A model generated the notes under the pieces. It saw only the letters and a program-made list of their open reading frames with translations, was not told the origin of the DNA and did not search any database. A program made the translations under genes and the position numbers. A DNA stretch of 63,779 nt, filler included, from Octopus bimaculoides (taxonomy: Eukaryota), in the NCBI RefSeq assembly GCF_001194135.2. It is 6 parts of 6 records of this genome, joined end to end, with 100 filler letters (N's around TTAATTAATTAA, not from the genome) between each part and the next. Parts side by side here need not be neighbours in the genome. Positions count along the whole stretch, not along the records: positions 22,647 to 39,793 come from NC_068987.1; 5 more parts are not named here. One strand, 5' to 3'. This document shows positions 24,296 through 39,057 of this stretch, piece by piece; position 1 is the stretch's first letter, and every line of letters begins with the position of its first letter.

Positions 24296-27200
24296 TATTG
24301 TTTTATGTTATATATTATATATACGTATATACATAAACATATGCACCTGACTTTCAATGTATATATATACATGTTTGTATGTAAGTATATATGTGTGTAT
24401 GTAGGTATGTACGTATGCATATGAATGTGCATGTGCTTATAAACGTAGTGACGCATATGTTTCAATGCATTACGTTTAGTCAATAATTACCTATTCTGAA
24501 TATTCTAATTAACTGCATAGAAAATAAAGACAATGCAATACTGTTTGGTCATATATTTGTTATTACGTGTCCTAGTTTGTAAAAAAACACCATGTTTCTC
24601 TGATACATTTTATATCTTTACTCTAGCTTTGATTCTTCAGATATGAAACATTTAATTACATGTCCTCACCCACACCCGATCATTAATTGACACTTTAACA
24701 AAACTATGCAAAGCAAACAATTGATTAATTAGGAAGTATATATTCTGAAATGACGACTAATAAAGTAATTTCTAAATAAATGGTATTTCCAGAAGTTCTC
24801 CCGTGCAGGAAATTTGTGTTTCTCACGCATAAGTATATATCTATTAGTTTATTAATAGATATTAGTCTAACAATAAAAATATCGTAGCACACAAACTGGT
24901 ACATCAAGCAATCGTTGTTGGATAGTTGTCTTCACCGTTTATATCGTACCCGCTACACTAGTATATTTTATAACAGCTTTCAAGATTATTACATTTAAGT
25001 TGTACGAATGTCGATATTCTAGCTTGCTAGTGTTGCTATTTAATATTATACATAATACTCATTAATAGCACCAAAGGAAAACATTGTTTTCCTTTGTTGG
25101 ATAATTTTGAACATAGCGTATGCAGAATGTAACCAAATTAAGCCTTTAGATTATTTCCAAAATGTTTAGTGAAACTGAAATATGTTTGCTTGGCGTTTGA
25201 TGCAAAGAAGGGGGCATGATGTTTTCTTGATTAATGAAGCTTGCTTAGATTGATAGTGCAGATGCACTTAGAATGTTGGAATTACCAAATGATTGAAACG
25301 ATGCTCTCATTTTCTAGTGCTCTGTTGCATTTTCTGAATTTCGAAGTTAACAAACAATATGTGTGATACACTTATTTTATACTCATTGCACTATATTATA
25401 TTGTTTATCGCATCTATTTGATGCAGTACACGAATAGCCAGTGATTATTTTCTATACATTACAAATGCCCACATTCATATAAAATGAAATCATCTGTGTG
25501 CCATTCTTAAATCCAGACCGTTTTCTACGCCAGAATTATGAAATTATTTCAATCAAGAATCTAATCTTCAATTATACATATGGATGATATATAATATATA
25601 CAACATCGTAAGGCCAGAACAGAATATGCATTTATTCTGTCCCCTCTGTGATCTACTATAAAGATTTTCAATTTTGTGGCGAACTACAGTTGAGGATAAA
25701 ACATGCGATATTGAAATTTTCAGAAAAGCATGTAACTTGACATATGTCGAGGTTTCTTTTCATACAACCATGATAAAGAAGAAATTTGAACATGAATATT
25801 TTGCGCATGGTTCTTCAGAAACACAATTGAAGTAACATAATATAGAAGAAATTTTCTGCAACGAAACAATATTTATTATATTTCCCATACACAATTCAAT
25901 CCGTTTCACTTCATATGTGCTGTTTCTTATGCCTCGGGCAATGCAAGAATATATATAACCGCCATATTTCAAATACACATAAACTTATAAATGCACACAC
26001 ACACATACAAATGCACAAACACACTCCCACACACAAACACACACTCACATAAACATATGATGTGTACTTAGATGAAATATATCAAATAATGTTTCCAAAA
26101 TAAATTATATTAGTGTGAATTCAGTTACTGCTGGTGATATAAGAACTAAGACATTTGAGAATAATGGGTTTAGTTTGATATCGGATGAAGCCACAGGAGC
26201 AGAAACCGGAACACAACAGAACATGATATTTTAATATATCTATTTAAGGTAGCTGATTGTTTGATTGAAACCCCAAGCGTTTGATTAATATGTACAAATC
26301 AAAATATAAAATTCAGATTCAATTCTACCAGTGACTTTTCCCTACAGAGAATATTAGACATATGTCTAAACAAATAATCGATATTCTAATAATCCTGTGC
26401 CCAACCATAGCTATGATGTATTTTGTTTCTGAAATAATATATCATGAAACTTATTATTCATTGTCACTAACTTTCATAAGATCACAGGTTATCCAATGTA
26501 TGTATATCAACCAAGAAGTTGCATACCATGCCTTGTTTCAGCCAAATATAGTAAAAACAGTTACGGCACTTTGAATTTTAGATTAACACAAAAACAATGA
26601 TTTGTATAACTAAAATGTTCTTAATATTCATCGCAACATTGGGTGTTTGTCTGGTTGTTACTGGTGTTTAGTTTACAGAGTTTTGTCAGTTTCTTTCATA
26701 TGATTTCTTGCTATGATGGCACAATTGCATTATTATTTCTATTACATGTTATACCTAAAGCGTAGGTGGAACATTTGTAGAATGATGTAGACCATAACAT
26801 AAGCACATACATATGCATACATATATATTTATACAAACACCCGTACATATATTTATACACATACAGAAACAAACACCCGTACATATATTTATACACACAC
26901 AGAAACAAAATATTGTGTAAGCCACAAAATATTCTATACTGGGCGTTTATTTTTCTTGTAACAACATTCTAGTTTTTTTTATTTCCGCTAAAATATTTAA
27001 CAGGGAACTAAACGACCCACGAATAAATTGTTTAACCAATAAATAGATTGATAGATCCTCAAAACGGAAATCCCAGGATCATAGGCTGTAACGAAAGAAA
27101 TTTGAAAATAGTATTAATAATCGAACAGACTAGTGTATTATCTAACTGAATTGTGACAGCAGACACATAAATCATATAATTCAAAACATAATCTTCCAAG

Positions 27201-27627
27201 TCTACAGCATAATGGGCCACATCAATTCCATTTAAGACCTGAATACCTTGCAAACAGCTCAATAAAATTTTCTTTCACTGCTTTATTTTTTCAGGAAAGT
27301 TAATTTTATGGAAAACTTATCTCTTCCGTGTAATAAGACGCAAAAGAATACGATTTTGTTTTCTTCGTTTTCTAAATTTTTGTGTAGAAAGAAAAAAACT
27401 CTCATCCATAAAATTGGACTTATAGTACAAGTACAAGCAGTATAATTTTTTCAGGAAAACTATTTGTAAAAGTATCCACTTCTTTGTAAATCTGTGTGTA
27501 TGTGTGCGCGCGCGTAAGTGTGAGAAAGGGAAAACGAGAGAAATGTGAGAGGGAAAAGAGTTATAAGCTTATGTATGTATATGTATATACTTATATGGTT
27601 GTATATAATTCTGTATAAGTTTTATCT

Positions 27628-27971
27628 TTCATCTTTTACATATTTCAGTCATTTGACTACGGCTATGCTGGGGCACCACCTTGAAAGATTTTCATCAAAC
27701 AATTCGACCTTATCAGTCTCTTTTCCCGAACATCTTAATTACTGAGACATAATCACATAATCACACAAGCACCGGTTGTCAAGCTGTTGGTGGGGGGGGG
27801 GCAAACACAGATGCAAAGTAACATACATATAGCTATAAACATATACGACGGTTTTCTCTCAACTTGCGTCAACCAAATGCACTCACAAAACTTTGGTTGG
27901 CCCGAGGCTACTTTAGCCCAAGATATCAGGCAATGCGACGGAACACTTCTTACAAAACAGCCACGCCTGCG
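27628..27971 (-). mobile_element. SINE family B, diverged
   Basis: tttcagtcatttgactacggctatgctggggcaccacc...ggcccgaggct...cagccacgcctgcgc. Confidence 0.7.
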
Positions 27972-28263
27972 CTTATACATATATACATATACATATAAAT
28001 TCTTCTGGCTGCTTTGCTCGTATCACATGTAATTGAATATCCTATTAAGGTATAGTTAACTGTAATATTCTATAATAGTTGTAGAGTCGATTTGCCCAAT
28101 TGTCCTAGAGCAAAAAAAGAAAACAGCACAAAACAAGAGTTCTGTCATTGTTATTCTTTATGCTAGTAAAAGCGAAAAGAAACTTACGTTACATAAAATA
28201 TGTACAATATTCAGATTGCAAGTTCTGTGTAATTTTTATTTTGATACATTAGTTAGACTATAA

Positions 28264-29095
28264 CATAGGGTGTTCAGGTTAAGCTTGACCCTATACCTTG
28301 TCTCAAGCAGTCAAGTGCTTTGGAGAGCATAAAGATTAAAGTTGGATTAGAGAAAAAGGTAGCTGACATGGAGAATTGGAAGCCATCTAAATATTGGAAA
28401 AGTGTTACATGTATCATAATGTTTTGCGCCAGGTACCCAACTATGAACAAGAAGACTGCTGTACAGTGCTCTCTGAACACTAAAAAGTCTGTAAGACGTG
28501 ATAAGGACAGCTAAAATGGAGACTACGAAGCCGCGGCCGGAAGTTAGAGACAGAATAGATGTTCTGAGTACGTCTGCACGACGGGCTCCATCACCACATC
28601 GTTGAAGAGGGCCTTTGTCTCAATTCAGACGGATAGAGGAAGTTGCTGGTGTCTGGTCAAACGCCTAACCGAGAGGAGTGTTGCTGTTATTCCATATGTG
28701 AAGCAGTAGAATTCGGCTCCTTTACCATAATATTCAGAAGTGGTTGTCCGATAATCTCTACTACTTCACCAGCCCCGATTTCTGGCCTCTACTTCCCTCA
28801 ATTTTAATGACATTTATAAAATTTGTGTGGAGCACAGGTTAGAAATTCACCAGCCTTACGGCAATCAAGTAGCAGGCCAAGATCAAGGAGGTGTTAGGAG
28901 GTCTTTTCGGGGAACACAGTGAGTAGCACAGTAGCACTTGCACCAAGCTTCTGAGACGTCTTGAGGCTGTGGGGCAAGCTGAAGGCAGCTATTTTAGTTG
29001 ATATATTTTTGATAGTTTGAAAATACTTTTATCTTTGGGAGGAATAGTGCATGTTCTTTTCATTTTATGTATCATATGTTTGTCCGAACACAGTG
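28264..29095 (+). mobile_element. Decayed Tc1/mariner (maT/DD37D-like) transposon, same family as 21259-22046
   Basis: Left end catagggtgttcaggttaagcttgac. Peptides AVQCSLNTKKSVRR, HIVEEGLCLNSDG, PYVKQ*NSAP (QQDSAP motif), QKWLSDN...PDFWP and RRLEAVGQAEGSYF. Partial right TIR tttgtccgaacac near 29077-29090. Confidence 0.75.
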
Positions 29096-32000
29096 TGTTG
29101 CATAAAATGAAAACAAGACACAATATTCCATCCAAAAATAAAAGTAATTTTTTAAAAATCAACGCGCAGTTTTTTCTTCTTGTTCTTTTATGAAACTTAT
29201 ATCAGGTATATCTCCATATCATTTACTTAATCAAAAATATACTCCAAATCAAGTAGGTAAACTATAATTTCAAACCTTTGGATCGACAAATTATAATGTG
29301 CTAGTGTGTTAAGAAGTATCAGTTCAGCAAACTTTAGAATCCTGTAATTACCTAATTAGAAGAGACTAAAATATTCAGTTTACAATATGAATTGTAAATA
29401 CTTAATATGTGATCCATTAGGTTTATCAGCTGAAAATTTACCCATTGTCTGTAACATGAAATTAATGAGTCATCCAACAGTATGATATTTATATAAAGAC
29501 TGATATAATCTTTTGTACAGCCCGTACGTTTTTGGTTCGATTACATTTAATGGGCTCTGTCGTGAAAGATATTCAATATCTCTCCATCTGAACTGTTTTA
29601 TAAATATTGTTTTTGAAAACATAAGAAAGATAAGCTCGATGGAATCATTAATTACGTGAAGTAATTTCTATGGATATTGATCTCAATGATTATTCTATCT
29701 ATACAACACGTTCAGATGCAGACAGCAGGGCAAAGTGTTGTGCAGAGACTCTTGCATCCGATATGACCTTTAAATGTGTGCGATAGTATTTGTGCTGTGT
29801 ATACACATAAAACATGAATACATTATTTCACTATTTTCGATGAAAGTGCGTTCATTATTTTTCCTTTATACTTTGTCTTTGAATTCCAAGTGTTTGGACA
29901 AACCATAAAAGGTGATACGAGAAATTCGAAAACAAGTAGGTTATATATATAGGCGTGTGTGTAAGGGTGTGTGCATGTGTGTGTGTCTGTGCCTGTATAT
30001 CTATGTGTCTGTGTGATTTGAATGTTTACAAGCATTATAAAGATCACTCAATACCTGATATTATTCCAATCAATAAATATGGATGTACATGTGTATATGT
30101 GCATAGATGCAGGCATTGATATATACTTACATAAACATCCACGCACACATAAATACACATATATTCATATACGGAGTGATAAAAAGTGTGGATTACCGAC
30201 AGGGAGGCTAACAGAAAATGGAAGATAGTAAGATTTACGCGCGCGCGCGCGCGTGAATGCGTATGTGTGTATGTGTTTTGTTATGTGTGTATTTGAAGAA
30301 GCAGAGAAAAGACTGAATTTCAATACATTATTCTCAGAGGGATATTTGAGGAAAAACATAACGACTGCAAGCTGCCGTTTATCTATACACATATAAACGT
30401 AGCGTTATTTGCAAAGTGAATAGATAACCAACCAGTATGAATGAGGTCATCAAATAGAGCTCTCATCTAAATACAACATGAATACAAATATGAATAGGAT
30501 CGTGCAATAATGCAGACCCCAAGTTAATGTTGTCTCCCTTGAGAAAGTAACACTTGATCTTGAAGGTTTAATTCCAAACGATATATGTTTTACCTTTGAT
30601 TTCGATTATTGTCGATGACAATCTCAAAGGATATTGACAAGCAATTTATATGAGTGCATAAGTTTCTCTGGAAATTAATTTTCCATGTTTATAAATGATA
30701 TTATTTATGCATGGTACACTGAACCAACATTTTCTCTTTACTAAAATCATATTTGTTTTCTTGTTGCGAATATTTATGCAAGTAATATAGTGTATGTTTC
30801 ATGAAATTTAATATAGCAAGGATAAACCTATTCGCATAGAGATACAAATAATTTTTAGTAACTGTCAATGGTGTAATTTGGCAAAGCTGTTATAGATTTA
30901 TAATTCATACTCTAGAATTTCATACAAAATAAAAATAACGTTTATGAAGATCATCTAGGAACATGGGAATTTGGTTTACTGCATTAATAAAACGGTATGT
31001 TTCAATATTACATTTTCCAAGAAATTTCATTTTTTTTCCTATATATAAATACTGAAGTTGTTGATACATTTGCATCACTAAAAATCACTAGACATAGTCG
31101 AAGGGGAAACTAATTTCTGCGTTATGTAGTATAATTGTTTTGTAAACCAGTTATTTTAAAATTGGTATTTCACTGTTATTATTTATGCCTACACTGGAAG
31201 AATAAATGCCAAGTAAAAAATTGGCAGGAGCTAACCGTAGGGAATTTAAGAACCAAAATTTTATATCTCAAGGCATTTTTTCACTCATGTTGTATATTAT
31301 CTATGACCCGTCTTGTTAATATTTGAGTTCATATTTTGCATTTTTCATCTTTGATATATATTCCATAAGATAATTGAAATGAAACCAAATATATTTTGGA
31401 ACAGATATAACATTATATTCGCAATCCATAATTATGATTTTCGAAACCATGACAAGAGAAAGAATCATATCCTATATATACAATTTCAAGGTGACTCACT
31501 TGTTTCATGTGGCATCCAGCAAATGAATAAAAGTCTTTTTTTTTTTTTTTCGTTTTCCAGCTAACAGTAGAACACCAGACGATGACACATAACCTGGTCA
31601 GAAATTTTCTTAGTGTCCTCGCTAGCTAAATCGCTGTCGATATTCATAGTATTGCATAGTAGGAAAACGTCTCATAGTTAGGACCAACTACTGCAAAAAA
31701 TGTCCATTAATCAACGATATGACGCAAATTAATGACAGGAAAGTAACGATTTGCATCTAAAATGGTTCACTGCCATTCCGTCAAGGTATGGATAAAATGT
31801 CACTAACAGAATTTTTATAACTATTTCCAAATCACTGGAAGTTTAGCGAAATGAGTAGAAACAAATATATGCAAGATTCCTTTTCAGCCTTGTCTTTGCG
31901 GATTGTATATTTATTCTCTCTAATTTGTTGCTTCTAGAGATTTTTTATTCTACTGGATCATGTTATTACATCAAGAAATATTGTCTCTAAAATATCGCCT

Positions 32001-32122
32001 AAAATTTTGTCTCAATGGGAGATCTGTAAATGTCGTCTGATTTACGTTAATATTTTAATAGAAATAGACTCAAGTACGTATACGTAGTTGCAATATCTCG
32101 ATCAATCAATCAATCATTCAAT

Positions 32123-32168
<46 letters not shown>

Positions 32169-32306
32169 CTCTATCTACCTTTTCGTGTGTGTATGTGTGT
32201 GTATACTAATTAAATTTTATATATATTTATGTGTGGTTGTACGCAAGTAGTGTACACGCGCGTTCCTGCATATGCCTGTTTGTGTATAAGTGTGTGTATA
32301 CGTGTA

Positions 32307-32338
<32 letters not shown>

Positions 32339-32344
32339 CATGTG

Positions 32345-32375
<31 letters not shown>

Positions 32376-32867
32376 TAAATAAAAGGAGACAGAAACGCTA
32401 AGGCAGTGTGAAATTTCTTGGGCATTTTATAAAGAAAAAAGCAGTTTAACAGCTGTTTCAGGGATTTAAGAGACAATAGGAGAGAGTTGAATAGAAGGAA
32501 ATAGTTGAGTTCAATATACGAATTTATTTGGAAAGGGAGACATGTAGGAAGTATAAAGGGAAATAAAAAATAAAAATAAAAATATATGTTGGCTGTTAAA
32601 CTTGCTGTTCCTTTACCAAAGTAATGTGTTGTGTAGAATGGGTAAAGAAGGCTTCTTGTCCATAGTATGTAAGTTCCGATAGGAGTTCATATTTTGTTAT
32701 TACAAATGGATAGGTCGCAGGTGTTAATTCCCTGTGTTGTTCGTTCAAAGGATCGTTGTTGTGGAAATGAAATTTTGAGAATACAATAGATAAGTATGTT
32801 AGGAGGAAGAAAAATGGTATTGCTTTAAAGGATTGGGGAGGAAGGAAAGAAGGAAGGAAGGAAGGAA

Positions 32868-32901
<34 letters not shown>

Positions 32902-32982
32902 AAAAAGAAAGAAAGAAAGAAAGAAACAGGGAGAAAAAATGCTTTTTGGAACACTTCTGGACACCAAAACCACTCGTATTAT

Positions 32983-33076
<94 letters not shown>

Positions 33077-35399
33077 GGGAAAGATAAGGGAGATAAAGAG
33101 ATAGATAGACAGACAGGCAGACAGGTATAATAATGTGTTTACAGAAACAGCAACATAATTAGTATAATTTTAGGATTCCATGAGCTATAATTATAAGAAA
33201 CGAGAAGGAAAACGTTTTGGCAGACATGCATACATGCATTTCTGAAGTTTTAAGATAGCTAAAATAATGTTTTTATTTTTATATCATATGAGTTCCCTCT
33301 TTTTATATTCTGAATCATGAGTGAATTAAATAATTAATTTGAATCTTGTTAACCCGTCGAATCATCAGCAGCGGACGGCTTCTATGGAACTTACTCAACA
33401 CTATTTCGAGCAACCAATTTCTTTCTAAGTAACATAGTTTCGAATTTTAAATCGTTGAGACATAGGAAGTGGGATAGCCAACATGTTCTCAAAATAGAAA
33501 ATTATAACATTGTAATATTTTCCCGGTGGGAACTTTCCATATTACTTCTGTCAGCTTAAGGGCTGTTAAGATTATTGTTGCTTTTTTGTGTTTAGTAAAA
33601 CCAGATATTTGATGAACTGTGTATTCTACTCCTACATAGTATTTCTCTATAAAGAAAACAAATACCTATTTTATAGCGTAGATTTAGAGACAAAAAGAAT
33701 TCATAAAAAGGAGACGCTGGGATATATTTTTTATTACTACTACTGATCTTATTGGAACAATAATAGCAGTAGCGGTAGCAATATCTTATATATCATAGTC
33801 ATATTTGAATTGAGAACATTCGGAAATTAAATATTATATTGCATATGTTAAAGGGTTGTATTGACTTTTTTGTTCACTTCCTTAACTTTTGTTCCATAAG
33901 CCATTAAATGTTTATAGTTAAATAAGTAATGGTAGCCTAAAGAAATATATTTCAAAGTATGTATTTTCTATTCATAGTTATCACATTATTATATATCGTT
34001 TTTGTCAAATATCTTCTAAATTACAAGTTTTATAATATGCACAATTAAACAATGAATATAAATACAGATTCTCTTGATATTTTGCGTCACGCTCTTTCTA
34101 AATATGAACAAAACACTCTGCTAATGTTTATTTAGAGTATTCAGGTGTTGTACACGATTATCTGTGCAAGTACATATAATCATATAAACATACAACCGGA
34201 CATAAACACATTCTATTTATGCATGTGTATGAATATATTAGTTGCAATACAGTTAAATGAGCCATAATTTATATTAAAATGTAAAACAAAATAACAGGTA
34301 CGCAAAGAGCATTAATATTCAATGCCAGATAAAGTCATAATGATAGTGAAAACTGGAAAGAGAAATTAAAATAATGAGTAGATATAGTTAATAAATGGCA
34401 TTTTTTTAAATATTTCCGCGCTTCATTAATACTATGAAAGAGATGAAAGGAAACTATTCGATAGTTAAATATCCACATTAAAGAGATTTGTAAACTTTAC
34501 ACTAATATGTAATGTAAAACAAATGAGAAGTATGACATGAGACAAAATGCAATTAATTGTGGGTGAGGGATGAGAATTCTAGGCATATTATCAATATACA
34601 GAATTAAAATTTATTATCAATTCAATTTTGATTTGTATTAGTCATTGTATGCGCGTCATTCATAGATTAAACTTTCATTAAAGGTAGGTCTGCAACACAT
34701 ATTTGTTTCTCGATTTGATTCTGCAGGTATCTAGTTCATAGTTCAGATCTATTTAGGCGTATGTATGTCACTGAAGCTGTGATCATTTTTTTTTTCTTTT
34801 TGACAAGGAAGCGTAATTAGGACTGCATTTATTGGGTGTCTAGCGACATCCAATATGCCGTGATATACATTATATATATATATGTGTGTGTGTGNNNNNN
34901 NNNNNNNNNNNNNNNNNNNNNNNNNNNNNNNNNNNNNNNNNNNNNNNNNNNNNNNNNNNNNNNNNNNNNNNNNNNNNNNNNNNNNNNNNNNNNNNNNNNN
35001 NNNNNNNNNNNNNNNNNNNNNNNNNNNNNNNNNNNNNNNNNNNNNNNNNNNNNNNNNNNNNNNNNNNNNNNNNNNNNNNNNNNNNNNNNNNNNNNNNNNN
35101 NNNNNNNNNNNNNNNNNNNNNNNNNNNNNNNNNNNNNNNNNNNNNNNNNNNNNNNNNNNNNNNNNNNNNNNNNNNNNNNNNNNNNNNNNNNNNNNNNNNN
35201 NNNNNNNNNNNNNNNNNNNNNNNNNNNNNNNGGCCTGATTCTTAGTACGATACATTTATTCTACTTTCCTTTTCTTTTGCTTCCTCACAGCACTTTTCAT
35301 GCGAGCCACTATGTCTTTCCATCATCACTCTTTTCTACAATGTCCTTCCATTTCTCTGACACTTTTGTAATTCTTTTATTGGAATGTTTTTTTTTCTCT

Positions 35400-36600
35400 C
35401 ATCGAAATATATGGCCCAGGCACCGATGACACCTGGTGGGGACGACCTTCAAGAATCACCGGATACCTAGAGCCGGCCATTTTCAAAAATTCCAGAAATA
35501 CCAGATTCTTGGCTGATTGGGTACACAGGATCAAAACAGCTTTTGACCCCATTCAATCAGCCGCAGGTAAAATGTTTACATTGAGGAGCTTGTCTCCGCT
35601 GCCACCCACACCCCGGCGGATAGTGTCTTCAATCCACTCAGGTTTTATTCCTGGTGGTAAACCACAGACCCAAGCCCTTGTCAACTTCTTCCCACAATAG
35701 GTGGGAAGAAACATTATATCCTCGCCCTCTAAGGGCTGAGTCGCAAAATTGTGAGCCTCCCCAGGGGTGTCAAATAGCAACCACACCGTCGCATATTTAA
35801 CACCCCTGGAAATAAATTTTATAGTTGGCATATACTTCGCCAAGTCTCGCTCTAGGGATGAGAGCGATGGTGTCGATCGACATGGAGTATGTCCTGAACA
35901 CCACCGTCCTCTCTTCCAATCCTTCACCCACTCCAAGACAGTGTCCTGTTTCTTCGTCATGTTTTTTGTAAAAAGTTCAAAAAAAGAAGGAAGAAAAAAG
36001 AAAACAGTTAAAGAAAACATAAAGTCATGAAAAAATTGGAAGAAAGAAAGAAGACAGTTCAACAGTTCAAAAACCACAGCAGACACAAATTCTCCGACCA
36101 CTAGGTAATCCAGGCCTATAGGTAATTCAAATCGAAACCGGAACACAGCAACTGGAAAACAACTTCCACAAATTTCAAAAAAATTGGTGAAGAAGTTCAA
36201 CTATTTTGGAGGCGACATACGCCCCCGACACAACAATTCTTACAATTAATTGAGAAAAATTATTCACTTAGAGTGAACAAATACCTTACACAAATTCTCC
36301 GGCCACTAGGTAATCCAGGCCAAATGGTAATCTAAATCGAAACCGGAATACAGTGACTAGAACAAGTTTCCACAAATTTTACAAAAATTGGTGAAGAAGT
36401 CCAACTAATTTTGGAGGTGAGATACGCCCCCAAAAAACTATTCACTTAAAGTGAACAAATTGCTTCCACAAATTTCACAAAAAAATGGTAAAGAAGTTCA
36501 ACTATTTTTGGAGGCGAGACAAGCCCCCGACTGAACAATCCTCACAATTAAGTGAGAAAAACTATTCACATAAAGTGAACAATTATTGTCCAACTGCAGG
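35400..36600 (-). mobile_element. Probable non-LTR retrotransposon ORF1 (L1/Tx1-like) with tandemly repeated 5' region
   Basis: ORF 35553-36200 segment (FLPTYCGKKLTRAWVCGLPPGIKPEW) resembles L1/Tx1 ORF1 proteins as I recall them. A degenerate EGRP/RCHRC..GH knuckle-like stretch lies near 35415-35450, and ~205-bp repeats lie upstream. Confidence 0.5.
36083..36590. repeat. Complex tandem repeat: two ~205-bp units plus a partial third
   Basis: acacaaattctcc at 36083 and 36288; ttccacaaattt at 36164, 36368 and 36464. Confidence 0.9.
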
Positions 36601-38876
36601 CAGACCAGCATACAGAATAGAATAAGGACGTCTTGCTTGTACAAAAATATTACTAGAAACAGACCCCCACTGGATCCAAAATACAAAAAATCTTACCTTG
36701 CAGCTGAGCTTCACTGAATTAGCCACACTACACGTCACAAACTAGCGTAGCTACTTCATTCAGCGTTACGACAAACACTGACAAGAACACATGCGCGGTA
36801 GCAAAGGGAAGCGAGCTTCTTACCACCCAGCTAGGGCCTGTTCGCAAATAATATGTGTATGATGCATACATGTTATAGGTGTGTTTGCGCGGGCGCTCGT
36901 AGTGTTTATGTATGCATGTGAGTGTGTGTGCGTCCACGTGCACAAGTCAGTGTGTGCATGCATATATGTGTCTGCGTGTGCGTCTTTGTGTTCTGAACAT
37001 AAGAGGACGATGCGAACATGATTGCTGGCAAAGCTTTTCGAAACAGATATCTCGGAGTTGTTCTGTGGGGTGAATACGCACACAATGATTATTCTTTTTC
37101 CAAATTTGCCTTTTAAATTAAACATATTGTGACAGCTGCAGAGGCTGAAGAGATAAAACATTGCCCACATACGCAGTTGGCAACGTGCTGCTACTGAAAC
37201 TATTTACTGTGCTCATGAATGCTACAAATGCATATGTATGCTCCCTGTTTGCTGACTACATGCTTGACCATATATCTTGTAAGGGTTAAATACTTTGATA
37301 AAAGAATTCTCGAGGAAAATGTCAGATTCTTACAAGGCTTAAGAAATGTCACAGAGTATAGTTAGAAAGCGTGTAGATTTAGAAGACATGATGTTGAAAG
37401 TTCAAATGAATGCAAGTAAAAGTTATGTTATCGCCAATGAGTGTATATCTTCTCGGACGTTTCAAATAATTTGGTGTCATGTTTCCATACGCCTTATTTC
37501 CCGGAAGGCAAAACTTGGCTTGAACCAACATTTCGTGACTGCCCTGTCGGAAAGCAGCACAGCTACCTTGTCAGTAAGCCGATTTACATCAGACGATATC
37601 TCTGTATTTCATGATGGCGAGATTACCGGAGAGAGATGATACTACATATGTTCCAACAGATGTGCTTTGCCTGTAAATACTTCACGATGCGGAAATTATC
37701 GTAGTGTGATGGTACTACATATGTTCAGAACACATGCTTACATGCTTAGGCACACACGCGCGCGTGTTCACGCACACACGCGCGCGCAAACACGTACAAT
37801 ACACTCATACACATTATCCCTCGCTTCATTTCCGCGAGTACTTCAATCATAAAACAAGCGACTGATTATGTAAATGTGTGGGTGGCTTTGCGCGTACGTG
37901 CGCGCGCATATGTGTGTTCATTTATTTTTAATTGCATGGGATAAAATCACACATGAGATAACAGGAGTGTAATTAATTATCCTTGATATCTCGTTATTAC
38001 ATCCCTATGCCTCGAGGTTAATTTGATCATTAATATGACAGAAAGAAGTCCATTAAAACAATTATTCATCACCGCGTGTAACATTTAAGATAAATCACTG
38101 TTATTTACTTTCGAAAAATAAAATGCAATCTACTTTTTTTCAGAAATGATCATTGTCTCGAAATATAAAATGCATGCTCTGATAATTTCTTTAACTCAAA
38201 TATTGATTGGTTTTAAAATTATAATGCATGTCTAATATTTCCAAATGGAAAATGGGAAGAGTTTGGGAATGTTATGTTTCTCTCTCAAAGTAATTCGTTG
38301 AATAGAACGTATAGATGTAGCCAAGTGTGCATAGAATGTAAACTGCATATTTAATCTTGTTCAAACATGCAAAATAATTGTATGGATGTCGACTAAATCA
38401 CTTCCAGAACGTCACTGGGACTTAGAATAATTGCCGAATATTGATGCAGTGTGAATTTAACACAGGAAGATTTTCCAGTTCAATTGATAATAGAAAAAAA
38501 TAATACATATATAAAACAATGATTCAAAATACGTATACATAACCACATAGTCGAAGCAGTAAATTATAGTCAATTCAAAATATTCTTCTGATCCTAAGTG
38601 CTTATTAGTTTGAATGCCTGATAGATGAAAGCACAAATTTAATCGTGCAAGATTTGAATTCTATCAAAGCAAGCACAGATTTATTCATGATGTATTCGAA
38701 CATTGGCACTATTATAGACATAGAAGAAATGTTCTTCATCGAATTAACCCACACCTTTTCATCAACTCCAGAATGAGGAATACAAACTGGAACCTGATGG
38801 AATACGAGCTTCAGGCATAATCTGTTGTTCAGATAAGCTCGATGAATATAATATTTTATACCATTTTTGTAAATAG

Positions 38877-39057
38877 TAATAGCATTTCGTCTGCCGTTAC
38901 GTACTGAGTTTGAATTCCACCGAAGTCGACTTTGCCTTTCGTCCTTTCGGGGTCGATAATTTAAGTACCAGTTACGCAATGTAATCGACTTAATCCCTTT
39001 GTCTGTCCTTGTTTGTTCCCTCTAAGTTTAGCCGGTCGTGGGCAATAAAGAACTAAG
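38877..39057 (+). mobile_element. SINE family A variant with a different 3' tail
   Basis: gtactgagtttgaattccaccgaagtcgactttgcctttcgtcctttcggggtcgataatttaagtaccag. Confidence 0.7.

Noticed and set aside
37346-37639. 97-aa plus-strand ORF in non-repetitive sequence
   Set aside because: No recognisable motif or convincing splice signals; the length is within chance.
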